Shown here one piece after another: positions 29,605-39,863 of a stretch of DNA of 64,000 nt (position 1 is the stretch's first letter; each line of letters begins with the position of its first letter). A model generated the notes under the pieces. The model ran no database searches. It was not told the DNA's origin and saw only the letters and a list, made by a program, of their open reading frames with translations. The stretch comes from Bifidobacteriaceae bacterium (GTDB lineage Bacteria > Bacteroidota > Bacteroidia > Bacteroidales > Marinilabiliaceae). Both the position numbers and the translations under genes were made by a program. Location of the stretch: assembly GCA_963607345.1 (NCBI GenBank), contig CAVDBL010000004.1, positions 73,627-137,626 of the forward strand. Reading direction: 5' to 3'.

Positions 29605-30455
29605 AAGAATCGACGATGCACGGCTTTCATGAACAACTCAACGGTGGCATCCGTCTCGTTCCATCCGTATGTCTGACGGAAGTACTCATGCGCCTGCTCA
29701 AATGAGTTGGCCATGTTGACGGTCTCGATAGCTGCGTCAAACGCCATTTTGTTGCCTCCGAAAAGCTCACGCATGAAAAGGAATCTGTCACTGATGCGGA
29801 TTGCCTTGTTCAAGTCGTCTACGGGTGTTCCATAGTTCGCTATGTCTGCCGCTTTCTTCGCTGCCGATGCGACGTCTACTTGCTTCTCTACCGTCTGCTT
29901 GATTGGGGCTGCTTCCTCTTTTATTTCTGGCTCTATGGTCTCCTCTTTTGTCTCTTCTTTCTCCTCTGTCTCAGGCTCTTCCGCTCGCTGTGGCTCTGCT
30001 TTGGGCTCTTCGTTGTCGGATGTCAGAGGGTCCTCCATTTTCTCCAATTCGTCGGCAAAGTATTCTTTCGTTTCCTCCCTCTTGACTTCCGATTTTGGTG
30101 AGGTCTGTGGCACGCTTTTTGCTTCATTGTCAGCGGCTTGCTCTAACTTGCTCGCCTTTTCTGGGGCTCTCCTCTCTTGCGAACGCCCACAGACAGCTCC
30201 GCTAAGTGTCGATGTCGGCGCGCCTGCGGCGTTGTCCGTCGCCCAGTAGTCCAAAAGTCTTATCTCTTTTCCAAGGCTGTCGTGCTTCTGGCGTAATAAT
30301 TCCAAGAATGCCGAGCCTATTCTCTCCGGCTCGCGAAACGTCTCTACCAAGGTCTCAATCTCCTTGAGGTCGTTCTCTAAGAGGTCTATGATGGCGTCTT
30401 TTTTCATCTGTTTTATGTCTCTCTGTGACGTGCCTCCTATTGCTTTATTTTGCAA
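29601..30455 (-). CDS. Hypothetical protein with a long acidic low-complexity centre
   Basis: ORF whose stop overlaps the rsmI start (ATGA). The conserved-looking C-terminus is ...DRFLFMRELFGGNKMAFDAAIETVN... The real start may be M17 (nt 30407). Confidence 0.5.
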   Translation of the reverse strand: MQNKAIGGTSQRDIKQMKKDAIIDLLENDLKEIETLVETFREPERIGSAFLELLRQKHDSLGKEIRLLDYWATDNAAGAPTSTLSGAVCGRSQERRAPEKASKLEQAADNEAKSVPQTSPKSEVKREETKEYFADELEKMEDPLTSDNEEPKAEPQRAEEPETEEKEETKEETIEPEIKEEAAPIKQTVEKQVDVASAAKKAADIANYGTPVDDLNKAIRISDRFLFMRELFGGNKMAFDAAIETVNMANSFEQAHEYFRQTYGWNETDATVELFMKAVHRRFL

Positions 30456-30560
30456 TGGTTTCGCCGTCTCGCGAATGTAGTTTTTTTCCCATTATCTTCG
30501 ATTATTGTATTACCTTTGTTAGTGGAATCGTTTCTCAAAACCTCCTTACAACCCAGCAAG

Positions 30561-31007
30561 ATGCGTCGCCTCGTGTCACTGATGTTAGCCCTCTTTCAGC
30601 TACTCGCGCTCCCTTCCCAGGATGCGTCCGCTGAGTGCGTTGGCTACTCGTCTTTTCAGTCCGACGACGACGGTTGGCCGCACAAGGTCCCCTATGCTGT
30701 GAAGCTTGCTCTTGATGGCGGCGACCATTCCGCCATCTCCCCATGCCTCGCCAACACCGTCGAGCTCCAACTCCCCGACTGCTCAGGCATCTTCAGCAAG
30801 AAACAGGCGGAAATGATTCTCTCTAAGTTCATGGCGGCACACCCCTCCATGACTTACTCCGTCAGCCGCGAAGAGAGCGTCTCGGGCGCAACCCTCACCA
30901 TCGGCAAACTTTCTGGCAATGCCGTCTCCTTCGGCGTCTACGTCCTCTCTCAACCCGCTGCCGGCTCACAACAGATAAAACAACTTAGAATAGAGGAACA
31001 AAAATGA
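30561..31007 (+). CDS. Small secreted protein (possibly DUF4783-like)
   Basis: Signal peptide MRRLVSLMLALFQLLALPSQDASA. It lies immediately upstream of nadC and overlaps it. The family assignment is a weak recollection. Confidence 0.45.
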   Translation: MRRLVSLMLALFQLLALPSQDASAECVGYSSFQSDDDGWPHKVPYAVKLALDGGDHSAISPCLANTVELQLPDCSGIFSKKQAEMILSKFMAAHPSMTYSVSREESVSGATLTIGKLSGNAVSFGVYVLSQPAAGSQQIKQLRIEEQK

Positions 31008-31852
31008 CAGATTTCGACGCTTACCTCAACGACTTTATCGACCGTTGCGTCCGCGAGGATGTCGGCGATGGTGACCACACCTCGCTCTCTTGCATCCCTG
31101 CCGACGCTGTCGGACGTGCCCAACTCATCATCAAGGAGGACGGTGTCCTCGCCGGCGTAGACGTTGCTCGTAAGATTTTTGCGCACATAGATCCCAATTT
31201 CAAGTTCGACCAGATTCTCCATGACGGTGATCGCGTCAAGAAGGGCGATATCGCTTTCCGTGTCGAGGGTCGCACCCAGTCCCTCCTCCTCGCCGAGAGG
31301 CTCGTCCTCAACGTCATGCAACACATGAGCGGCATCGCCACAACAACTTCACGTTACGTCGCCAAGCTCCAAGGTCTCCACACGCAAGTTATCGACACTC
31401 GCAAGACGACCCCTGGCATGCGCCTTCTCGACAAGATGGCTGTCAAGATCGGCGGCGGCGGCAACCACCGCATCGGTCTCTTCGACATGATCCTCCTCAA
31501 GGATAACCACATCGACTTTGCTGGTGGCATCGATAAGGCCATCTCCCGCGTCCACCAGTATCTCAAGGAGAAAGGCAAGGATCTCCGCATAGAGATCGAG
31601 GTTCGCAACTTCGACGAGCTCAATCAGGTTCTCGCCATCGGCGGTGTCGACCGCATCATGCTCGACAATTTCACGCCCGCCCAAACTCGTGAGGCTGTCA
31701 AGTTGATCGACGGCAAGTATGAGACCGAGTCTTCTGGCGGCATCACCATGGATACTCTCCGCGACTATGCGGAGTGCGGTGTCGACTTCATCTCCGTCGG
31801 TGCCCTTACGCACCATGTCGGCAGTCTCGACATGAGCCTCAAAGCCTACTAA
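31004..31852 (+). CDS. nadC: Nicotinate-nucleotide diphosphorylase (carboxylating), quinolinate phosphoribosyltransferase
   Basis: ...DTRKTTPGMRLLDKMAVKIGGGGNHRIGLFDMILLKDNHI... is the QPRTase core. Confidence 0.92.
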   Translation: MTDFDAYLNDFIDRCVREDVGDGDHTSLSCIPADAVGRAQLIIKEDGVLAGVDVARKIFAHIDPNFKFDQILHDGDRVKKGDIAFRVEGRTQSLLLAERLVLNVMQHMSGIATTTSRYVAKLQGLHTQVIDTRKTTPGMRLLDKMAVKIGGGGNHRIGLFDMILLKDNHIDFAGGIDKAISRVHQYLKEKGKDLRIEIEVRNFDELNQVLAIGGVDRIMLDNFTPAQTREAVKLIDGKYETESSGGITMDTLRDYAECGVDFISVGALTHHVGSLDMSLKAY

Positions 31853-31853
31853 G

Positions 31854-32285
31854 TTGAGCCGTATCCTCGCCATAGATTACGGAAAGAAGAGGTGCGGCCT
31901 CGCTGTTAGCGACCCCGACCGCATCATCGCAGGTCCACTCGCCACGGTCGCCGCCCACGAGCTGCTCAAGTTCCTCCAAGACTATACCTCGCATGAGGAC
32001 GTGGGCGTCATCGTCATGGGAGAGCCACACCGACTCGACGGTACAGACTCCGAGACTATGAGCTACATCCGCCCCTTCCTCCGTCAACTCAAAAAGGCTA
32101 TGCCCGACATGCCAGTCGAGATGGTCGATGAACGTTTCACGACGCGCATCGCCCAACGTGCCATGATCGATGGCGGCGTCTCCAAGAAGGATCGCAACAA
32201 CAAGAACGGTCTCGTCGACAGGGTGTCGGCAACCCTCATCCTCGAGACGTATATGGAAAAACTGAGGTTCCAATCCTCATTATAA
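31854..32285 (+). CDS. ruvX: Holliday junction resolvase-like pre-16S rRNA nuclease YqgF
   Basis: (TTG start) SRILAIDYGKKRCGLAVSDP...VIVMGEP...DERFTT. Confidence 0.85.
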   Translation: MSRILAIDYGKKRCGLAVSDPDRIIAGPLATVAAHELLKFLQDYTSHEDVGVIVMGEPHRLDGTDSETMSYIRPFLRQLKKAMPDMPVEMVDERFTTRIAQRAMIDGGVSKKDRNNKNGLVDRVSATLILETYMEKLRFQSSL

Positions 32286-32348
32286 CCATGCCTTGGGCAA
32301 ACCTTTTGCCCCGTCAAACGTAAAATATATAAACACAATATACCACCG

Positions 32349-32900
32349 ATGCTACTGCCAGTCTATCTCTACGGTCATCCCGTGCTTCGCAAGATGGCAA
32401 CCGACATACCCTCTGACTACCAAGGTCTCGACGATCTTATCGCCAATATGTACGAGACAATGTACAAGTCCGACGGTATCGGCATCGCCGCTCCACAGGT
32501 AGGTCTCCCAATCCGTCTCTTCGTCATCGATGCCTCGCCTCTCGCCTCCGACTACCCCGAGGTCAAAGGTTTCAAACGTATCTTCATCAACGCTCACATT
32601 ACACGTATGTCCGACGAGCAGATGGAGACCGTCGAGGGCTGTCTTAGCCTCCCCGGCATAAGCGAATACGTCAAGCGCAGCACAGAGATTGAGATTGAGT
32701 ACGATGACGAGAAGTTCGTCCACCATAAGGAGGTCATCAAGGGCTATGCCGCTGTCGTCGTGCAGCATGAGTACGACCACCTCGATGGCAAACTCTTCAT
32801 CGACCATCTCGGCGCGCTCCGCAAGCGTCTCATAAAGTCAAAACTCACCAACATTGCAAAGGGCAAGATCCGTGTCGGATACCGCACCGTGACCGCCTAA
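32349..32900 (+). CDS. def: Peptide deformylase
   Basis: All three motifs are present: [27 protein letters not shown]. Confidence 0.94.
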   Translation: MLLPVYLYGHPVLRKMATDIPSDYQGLDDLIANMYETMYKSDGIGIAAPQVGLPIRLFVIDASPLASDYPEVKGFKRIFINAHITRMSDEQMETVEGCLSLPGISEYVKRSTEIEIEYDDEKFVHHKEVIKGYAAVVVQHEYDHLDGKLFIDHLGALRKRLIKSKLTNIAKGKIRVGYRTVTA

Positions 32901-32936
32901 TTCACTAAAATCTCTAACGTAAATCACCATACACAC

Positions 32937-34055
32937 ATGAAGTTCAGTGTCCAAAGTGGCGAGCTCCTTTCACGCCTCCAGACTATGGGTAAGGTTGTCG
33001 ATGACAAGGCTGCGCTCCCTGTCCTCGCCAATTTCCTCTTCACCATAAAGGGCAATCTCCTCATCCTTACGGCCGCCAATGCCGAGATGCGAATGACCTC
33101 TTCCCTCGAAATCAACAATATGGAGGGCGATGGCAAAATCTGTATCCCTGGCGTCAAGCTTACTGAATATATCAAGTATCTCCCCGAGCAACCAGTAACT
33201 TTCTCTATCCCAGACGGTTCGCTCGCTCTCGAAATATCCTCCCTCTCCGGCAAATCCGACCAGGTATGCGTCGCTGCCGATGACTATCCAGAGGAGAAGA
33301 TCGACGAGCAGGATATCCGCAGCGTCAAGATCTCCGAGGATGCGCTCCTCTCTGGCATCTCCTCCACGCTCTTCGCTACCGCCAATGACGATCTCCACCC
33401 TGTCATGAACGGCATCTATTTCGACATCGAGCCGGGCAAGGTCTCTTTTGTCGCAACCGACAGCCACAAGATGGCGCGCTACATCCGCACAGACGTCGAG
33501 ACCGGTGACCAGACTGCAAGTTTCGTTCTCAACAAGAAGCCTGCGAATGTCCTCAAGGGCATCCTCGGTCGCTCTGAGGATATGGTAAGCGTCTCTTTCG
33601 GTTCTCGCAACGTCATCTTCGAGACCCCGACATATCGCTACATCTGCCGCCTCACCGAAGGTCAGTATCCCCAATACCGTAGCGTCATCCCCGCCAACAA
33701 TGAGTCTAAGATTCTCGTCAATCGTGCTGATCTCATCAAGGCTATGGCGCGCGTCTCCGTCTTCGTCGATGCTTCCCGACTCATCAAGTGCGAGCTTTTC
33801 TCCAACTCCATGAACATCAGCACGCAGGACCTTGACTTCTCTTGCTCCGCCAACGAGTCGCTCCCTTGCGAGTATGAGGGTAAGGAGATGGTTGTTGGCT
33901 TCGGCGGTCAGCACCTCGGCGACGCTCTCAACAACATCGCCTCCCAAGATGTTGAGATCCGACTCTCCGACCCTTCCAAACCAGGTCTCATAAGCCCCGT
34001 GGGCGCCGATGACAAGAGCGATATGCTCATCGTCATCATGCCCATGCGCATCTAA
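32937..34055 (+). CDS. dnaN: DNA polymerase III subunit beta (sliding clamp)
   Basis: MKFSVQSGELLSRLQTMGKVV..., about 370 aa with three-domain clamp organisation, ending ...IVIMPMRI. Confidence 0.9.
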   Translation: MKFSVQSGELLSRLQTMGKVVDDKAALPVLANFLFTIKGNLLILTAANAEMRMTSSLEINNMEGDGKICIPGVKLTEYIKYLPEQPVTFSIPDGSLALEISSLSGKSDQVCVAADDYPEEKIDEQDIRSVKISEDALLSGISSTLFATANDDLHPVMNGIYFDIEPGKVSFVATDSHKMARYIRTDVETGDQTASFVLNKKPANVLKGILGRSEDMVSVSFGSRNVIFETPTYRYICRLTEGQYPQYRSVIPANNESKILVNRADLIKAMARVSVFVDASRLIKCELFSNSMNISTQDLDFSCSANESLPCEYEGKEMVVGFGGQHLGDALNNIASQDVEIRLSDPSKPGLISPVGADDKSDMLIVIMPMRI

Positions 34056-34061
34056 TTAAGC

Positions 34062-34901
34062 ATGATAGTTTTTCCCCACGCTAAAATCAACCTCGGCCTC
34101 AATATCGTGGGTGTCCGTCCCGACGGATACCACGATATTGAGACCGTTTTTGTCCCTATCGGCTACTCCGACGCTCTTGAGGTCATCCTTCCTCCCGAGC
34201 AAGTGGAGGGTGGTGTCATATGGCGTTCTGCGGGGCGTGAGATTAATGTCCCTTTAGAGAAAAACCTCTGCGTCCGTGCCCTTCGTGCCTTACAAGCCGA
34301 AATCTCACTTCCTACCGTCGGGCTGATGCTCAATAAGATAATCCCCGACGGAGCCGGTCTCGGTGGAGGTTCTTCCGATGCGGCTTTTGTCCTCACGACG
34401 CTCAATAGCCTCCTCAATCTCAACATCTCTTCCGACCGCCTACGCCAAATAGCCGCACGCATAGGTGCCGATTGCCCGTTTTTTATCGATGGGCGTCCTG
34501 TAATGGCGTCTGGCATCGGCGACGTCTTCACTCCTGTTGATGTGTCGCAGCTGAAAGGTCTAAGCGTTGTCGTTGTAGTTCCTCAAGGTAGCGTTTCAAC
34601 TGCCGAGGCTTACAGCAACATTCCTTGCCGCAAGCCCGATCGTCATCTAAACGAGATAGTTAGCGAACCTATATCTTCTTGGCGATATTCCATACGTAAC
34701 GATTTTGAGGATTTCGTAGCGTCTCGTTTGCCCGATGTCGCCGCCTTCAAGCAAAAGTTCTACGATATGGGTGCGCTCTATGCGCAAATGTCGGGTAGCG
34801 GTTCTTCCGTCTTCGCCTTCTTCCCTCATGGCGACGATCTCCCCAAGCCCGATGATTTCCCTAACGCTCGCGGGTTCTGGTCTGGTGAGTTAAAGCTCTA
34901 A
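34062..34901 (+). CDS. ispE: 4-(cytidine 5'-diphospho)-2-C-methyl-D-erythritol kinase
   Basis: AKINLGLNIVGVRPDGYHDIETVF and the GHMP motif IPDGAGLGGGSSDAA. Confidence 0.9.
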   Translation: MIVFPHAKINLGLNIVGVRPDGYHDIETVFVPIGYSDALEVILPPEQVEGGVIWRSAGREINVPLEKNLCVRALRALQAEISLPTVGLMLNKIIPDGAGLGGGSSDAAFVLTTLNSLLNLNISSDRLRQIAARIGADCPFFIDGRPVMASGIGDVFTPVDVSQLKGLSVVVVVPQGSVSTAEAYSNIPCRKPDRHLNEIVSEPISSWRYSIRNDFEDFVASRLPDVAAFKQKFYDMGALYAQMSGSGSSVFAFFPHGDDLPKPDDFPNARGFWSGELKL

Positions 34902-34923
34902 CAGCCTATCAAGCATACTGCCA

Positions 34924-37161
34924 ATGAAAAAAGTTCCATCCCTCTCCATCCGTGCGATTGTCGCGATATTCGTGGTTATGCTGACCACGGACGCGGTCGC
35001 ATTGGTGCGGAGGGTGGGGCTTCTTGAGGCTGTCGACTCCGCCGCGACCGCCATAATCGAGGAACGTACTCGCGACGCTGCAAGGTGGATATACTACACT
35101 GCCGAAATATCCGACAGCCCACATGCGCCGACCATGGCTTCCTGCCTCCGCGCCAGTGCCGATGTCTACAAAGGGCACTATGACGAGGCTCGCGCCACCA
35201 TAAATGCCATCCTCAACCGCTACGCCACGGCTTCCGACACCATGTCGATAAACTGTCTCGCCCTTGCTTATTGCGCAAAGGGGCGACTCGAAGTCGAAAC
35301 ATCCAATGAGCCAAGCGACAGCTACTACATGAAGGCGGAGAGGCTTGCGCGAAGCATCGGCAACACGCGTCTCGAATTGCTCAGCCTGCGCAACAGGGCT
35401 CAACTCTACGTCGGTTCTCAACGTTTCGTCGAGGCTGCGCATTGTGCACGCCTGCTCCTCGCCCGATGTGCCGATGGCACTATGCCAGACATGCGCTTCT
35501 GGGCGCGCATCATCCTCATCCGTGTATATCTCGCAATCCATGTCGATGCTGTTATCGAGGATTGCGCCCATGACATTGAGCGAGAGGGTTATTTCCGCAC
35601 TAACCCTGCCCTCCTCAAAGCCTATCTCGTCACAATGTCCGTCGTCCGCCTGTGCCAAGGTAAGACGGAGGCTGCGCTCACGTTCATTGAGAAAGCCGAT
35701 GCCGTGGCCGACCAGACTTTCGTCTCCGATGTCGACAAGTGGCGTCTAACTGCCATCAAAGCCGAGACCTATCTCCGCTTGGGACGCATAAACGAGGCTA
35801 AAAAGCTCGCCGCCTATTGTCGTAACAATCTCGGTGTTGTCTCTCCGTCGCAGGTTAATCCCTATTTCTCCCGATACAGCTTCATCGTTATAGAAGCTGA
35901 TATTGCTCTTTTTGACGGCAAACCAAGCGAGGCTCTAAGGCTATTGACCGAAACGGAGATTCCAAAGGTGATGTTCACCAAAAGTTCTTTCTCCAAGAGA
36001 TACTACTCCAGTCTCGAGAGAGCCTATGTTGCACTGGGCGATTTCGCTTCCGCTCGCAATACGCTCAATGCCGCCAATGTCTCAAATCGTTACATCCTCT
36101 CACTCAACGCCCGTACCCGTGCCAAGGATATGGAGGTCGCTTTCCGAGAGGACACGACAATCCTTCGCCAGAGAACCGACATCAATATGCGCAAGGAGGT
36201 CGTCGGCAGCGTCAAACGTCAAGTCTTTGGGGCTACTGTCGTAATTCTGGTCGTCTTCATCGTTGTCGCCATCGTATGGATGCGAAACGTGTGGGGACGA
36301 AACGCCCGCAAGATGAAAGATGATGAGGCAATCAACCGCAAGATGGAAGAGGAGATGGATCGCCAGACAGCTGCATACTCCGTACGCAATAGGCTCATCA
36401 TGGCTCGCAATGCCGATATGGCTGCCAGCCAGAGCTATGCCAAGCGTCTCCAGCGAGGCATCTTGCCCGACATGTCACACCTCATCAATCTTGGCTACAA
36501 GAACTCCTACGTCTTGCGTGGCCCTGCCGATGTGACGTCCAGTTGCTTCTTTTGGTACAGGAATGTCGGAGACTGTCTGCTTCTCTGCACCGCCAATGCA
36601 GATTGGGACGGTGTGCCGGGCGCCATGCTTTCCATGGTCGGCCTGACGCTCGTCGAGGAGGTCGCTTCCCGATATGAGGGACGTGAGACGGCTTCCGAGA
36701 TCCTCTCCGATGTCGAGCACGGCTTCACTCGTCGCCTCCCCGATAAGAGATGGCGCAGCAATCTTTCAATGTCAGTTGCGCTCATCGATAGGGCGTCACA
36801 CAGCATCCGTATATCCTCCGCTGGCGTAGATGTCATGCTCCGCCGTGGCGGCAATGTTGAGGTTATCCATGGCTCCGAACATAAGATCGGAGATGTCAAG
36901 GATATTCGCCGCCAAGAAGACGAGGTTCGCTCTTTCTCTTCTGGCGATGCCGTATATCTCTACTCAAGCACAATGACCAAGGTCTACGGCGGTAATGATG
37001 GCAGACAGCTTGGCGTGGTCGGGCTTCATGACATGCTTGTGCGATCCTCGCGCCTTCCTGCCGACCTCCAATACGATACGATGCTCAACGAGGTCATTCT
37101 GTGGAAGTCGGGCCGAACGATGGGCGATGATATTCTTCTCTTAGCTGTTTCAATGCCATGA
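34924..37161 (+). CDS. Membrane protein: TPR-like sensor region, one TM segment, and a degenerate PP2C/SpoIIE-like domain (probable pseudophosphatase)
   Basis: Same architecture as the next gene, with TM segment VFGATVVILVVFIVVAIVWM. The PP2C motifs are eroded: SCFFW replaces GDFYW, ANADWDG replaces ADATGHG, and YSSTM replaces STDG. Confidence 0.6.
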   Translation: MKKVPSLSIRAIVAIFVVMLTTDAVALVRRVGLLEAVDSAATAIIEERTRDAARWIYYTAEISDSPHAPTMASCLRASADVYKGHYDEARATINAILNRYATASDTMSINCLALAYCAKGRLEVETSNEPSDSYYMKAERLARSIGNTRLELLSLRNRAQLYVGSQRFVEAAHCARLLLARCADGTMPDMRFWARIILIRVYLAIHVDAVIEDCAHDIEREGYFRTNPALLKAYLVTMSVVRLCQGKTEAALTFIEKADAVADQTFVSDVDKWRLTAIKAETYLRLGRINEAKKLAAYCRNNLGVVSPSQVNPYFSRYSFIVIEADIALFDGKPSEALRLLTETEIPKVMFTKSSFSKRYYSSLERAYVALGDFASARNTLNAANVSNRYILSLNARTRAKDMEVAFREDTTILRQRTDINMRKEVVGSVKRQVFGATVVILVVFIVVAIVWMRNVWGRNARKMKDDEAINRKMEEEMDRQTAAYSVRNRLIMARNADMAASQSYAKRLQRGILPDMSHLINLGYKNSYVLRGPADVTSSCFFWYRNVGDCLLLCTANADWDGVPGAMLSMVGLTLVEEVASRYEGRETASEILSDVEHGFTRRLPDKRWRSNLSMSVALIDRASHSIRISSAGVDVMLRRGGNVEVIHGSEHKIGDVKDIRRQEDEVRSFSSGDAVYLYSSTMTKVYGGNDGRQLGVVGLHDMLVRSSRLPADLQYDTMLNEVILWKSGRTMGDDILLLAVSMP

Positions 37162-39833
37162 GGTCCATAGTCTACATATTGGTCTTCACGGCTTTAGTCA
37201 TAAGCATAGCCTGCCCTTCTTGCAGTCACGATAAGGCTGTAATGGAGAAGATTGGCGGCTATGACCGCAACATAGATCTTGCCAATCATGCTCTCGACGT
37301 CAACGACACGACCTTGGCTCGCTTCGCCATCGATAGTGCCGAACTCTTCGCTTTCGGCTTTGCGCGTCGCAATGAGTTGCTTGCATACAACATCTTGCTT
37401 GATCCGCATATTGCCCAGATAAATCTGCATGGTATTCTGACTGCGCTCGACTCCCTCTCCGACCATGACGAGATCGACGAGCGCATCTATATGCGACTAC
37501 TTGAGCAATATGCCGTTCAGCTCTCCCGACGACACAGTCCTGCCGAGGCCGACAATGCGCTTGAGACGGCAGCCGCCCTCGCATACCGCCTCAACGAGAG
37601 CTTATCATATGTGCGCATAAAGGTAAATAGGCTGAAGAAGCAAGAGGTGCAAGGCAACTATATCGATGCTGTTAAAGGCTACCGACAGCTCCTCGACTAT
37701 ACTCGCAAGCGTGGTCTCCGTTCTTCAGAGGTTCTCGTCCTCTACCGACTACTCTGCTCTTTCGTCTCAATGGGCGACATCCCTTCCGCCCAGATTTACT
37801 TGAGCGAGATGGCTACAGCTGCCGATACTACCGCATACTCGCAAAGCCTTTTTCATCTTGCCTCCGCCAACATTAGCGTAAATGTCGGTGATTCTGTTGA
37901 ATACGCACGCTCACTCCATGCCGTGGCTGAAGAGTTTGAGCGTGATTCTGTCGTAAAGAGTCAGCTCGACCTCACCTACTCGTCCATGTTGGCATACTAT
38001 TATATCTCCAAAGATGAGCCCGATTCCGCACGTGAGGTTCTTGATAGCCTCAAGAGGCATTGGGATAATACCAACATCCTCGCATACAGGTATATAGATC
38101 TCCTCGAAAGCGAGATTCTCTTAGAGGAGCGACGCTACGATGAGGCTAAGATGATGCTCGACGCCATAGACGCTGCGCACCTTAGGGCAACGAGTGTCAC
38201 GCTCTATGAGACCTACGCCGATGTGGTGACAGACTACTACACTCTCGTTGGCGATGATCGCATGGCGTATCTCTTCTTGCGTTCCAAGACATCACTCGCC
38301 GATTCCGTCAAGGACAAGTCCGCTTACCACGACCTCGCCTACCGAAGCATGGAGCACAAGCGCGACACGACGATTGTCTCACAAGGGTTCGAGCTCGACC
38401 AAATGGGTGACCAGCAACATCGTCTCGAGGTGGTGCGCACAGTCTGGATTTTCGTCGCAGCGGTCATCGTGATAGAGGCTTTGGGCCTCTACCTTATAAT
38501 CTCTGTCCGACGAATCAAGAAGCGTAGGCGCGAAATTGAGTCTGCGTTCGCCAGCATGTCTCAGGAGATTAAGCGCAAGAAGGAACAGCTTCTTGCGCAA
38601 AAGGAGCAACTCGACGAGCAGAATGAGGCTCTCGCCTCCGAGCTCATGTTTGCAAACCATATCCAGTCCAATATTCTCCAGTCCGAGGATGCTCTCGACG
38701 TCCGAGGTATCGATGACCACTTCATCATTTTCAGCCCATGCAACATGGTGAGTGGCGACTTCTATTGGTTCTTTGACTGTGGCGACAAGCTCTTTGTCTG
38801 CGTGGCCGATGCTACTGGTCATGGTGTCCCGGGAGCCTTCATCTCAATGGTCGCCTCTACGCTTCTTAGCGACATAGCTACCGACCCCACCATGCGCGAG
38901 CCTTCACGTATGGTCGAGCGTCTAAGCGATGAGATTGTTCGTGTCATATGCAGTAATACGGATGTCGTGAACAAGGATAGTCTCGACATCTCGCTCTTCT
39001 GTCTGGACCGTGTCGTTGGTAAGGCTTCCATCTGCCTCGCAAGGCAAATAGCCTACATCGTTCATCAGAATGGTTCCGTCGAGATTGTGCAAGGAGTCCA
39101 TCGCAGTGTCGGTGAAAGCGCAGACATCGGTGGAGGAAGACCTTTTGTCACGCAAGAGCTCAACATCAAACGAGGTGACATCATCTACATGTCGACCGAC
39201 GGTTTCGCTTCTCAGTTCGGTGGGCCTCACAACCAAAAGTTCAAACGCCGACGCTTTGCCGATATGCTCCGCGAGAACTATCAGCAGCGAATGTCCATCC
39301 AGCGTGATGCCATAGTCCGACGTTTTGACGATTGGAGGGGAGACAACGATCAGACCGACGACGTCCTCATGGTGGGTCTGAAGATTGGCGACATGAAGTC
39401 GTCCCGCTTCTCCCGCTTCAATAACTATCCATACCACAAGCATCATGACGGCGAGACCGATGAGCAGGATAATGAAGTTCCGCCACAACTCGCAGCCGAT
39501 GTCGCCATGTTACTCAATGGCGTAAAGTCAAAAATGGAGAGCAAGTATGGAGCCATGAACATACTTGACTTGCTCCCTCTTCTCGGCGACTGCTATATGG
39601 AGTGGATCGATGGTTGCGTCCGCATCTCCCCAGCTGAACGAGACGCCCCCGCTTTCATCCTCATCGAGGTGACTACAATCGGCAACTTCTCCGACTTCAC
39701 CGAGCCTGTTGTCAAAGTCGTAGTGACAGTCCCCTATTGGGCCAAAGATTCTCAGCAATCGTCTTCTTCTGTTAAGGTATCTGTTGAGACCGAGAAAGAG
39801 ACGGCCCGCATAACTTTCATGACAAAGAATTAA
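37158..39833 (+). CDS. Membrane-bound SpoIIE/PP2C-family serine phosphatase with TPR-like sensor region and ~170-aa C-terminal extension
   Basis: Intact motifs VSGDFYWFF, VCVADATGHGVPGAFISM, IYMSTDGF and QTDDVLMVG. TM segment VWIFVAAVIVIEALGLYLIISV followed by a coiled coil. Its start overlaps the upstream stop (ATGA). Confidence 0.75.
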   Translation: MRSIVYILVFTALVISIACPSCSHDKAVMEKIGGYDRNIDLANHALDVNDTTLARFAIDSAELFAFGFARRNELLAYNILLDPHIAQINLHGILTALDSLSDHDEIDERIYMRLLEQYAVQLSRRHSPAEADNALETAAALAYRLNESLSYVRIKVNRLKKQEVQGNYIDAVKGYRQLLDYTRKRGLRSSEVLVLYRLLCSFVSMGDIPSAQIYLSEMATAADTTAYSQSLFHLASANISVNVGDSVEYARSLHAVAEEFERDSVVKSQLDLTYSSMLAYYYISKDEPDSAREVLDSLKRHWDNTNILAYRYIDLLESEILLEERRYDEAKMMLDAIDAAHLRATSVTLYETYADVVTDYYTLVGDDRMAYLFLRSKTSLADSVKDKSAYHDLAYRSMEHKRDTTIVSQGFELDQMGDQQHRLEVVRTVWIFVAAVIVIEALGLYLIISVRRIKKRRREIESAFASMSQEIKRKKEQLLAQKEQLDEQNEALASELMFANHIQSNILQSEDALDVRGIDDHFIIFSPCNMVSGDFYWFFDCGDKLFVCVADATGHGVPGAFISMVASTLLSDIATDPTMREPSRMVERLSDEIVRVICSNTDVVNKDSLDISLFCLDRVVGKASICLARQIAYIVHQNGSVEIVQGVHRSVGESADIGGGRPFVTQELNIKRGDIIYMSTDGFASQFGGPHNQKFKRRRFADMLRENYQQRMSIQRDAIVRRFDDWRGDNDQTDDVLMVGLKIGDMKSSRFSRFNNYPYHKHHDGETDEQDNEVPPQLAADVAMLLNGVKSKMESKYGAMNILDLLPLLGDCYMEWIDGCVRISPAERDAPAFILIEVTTIGNFSDFTEPVVKVVVTVPYWAKDSQQSSSSVKVSVETEKETARITFMTKN

Positions 39834-39863
39834 TAAACACACACATACGCGTCGCTCAATAAC

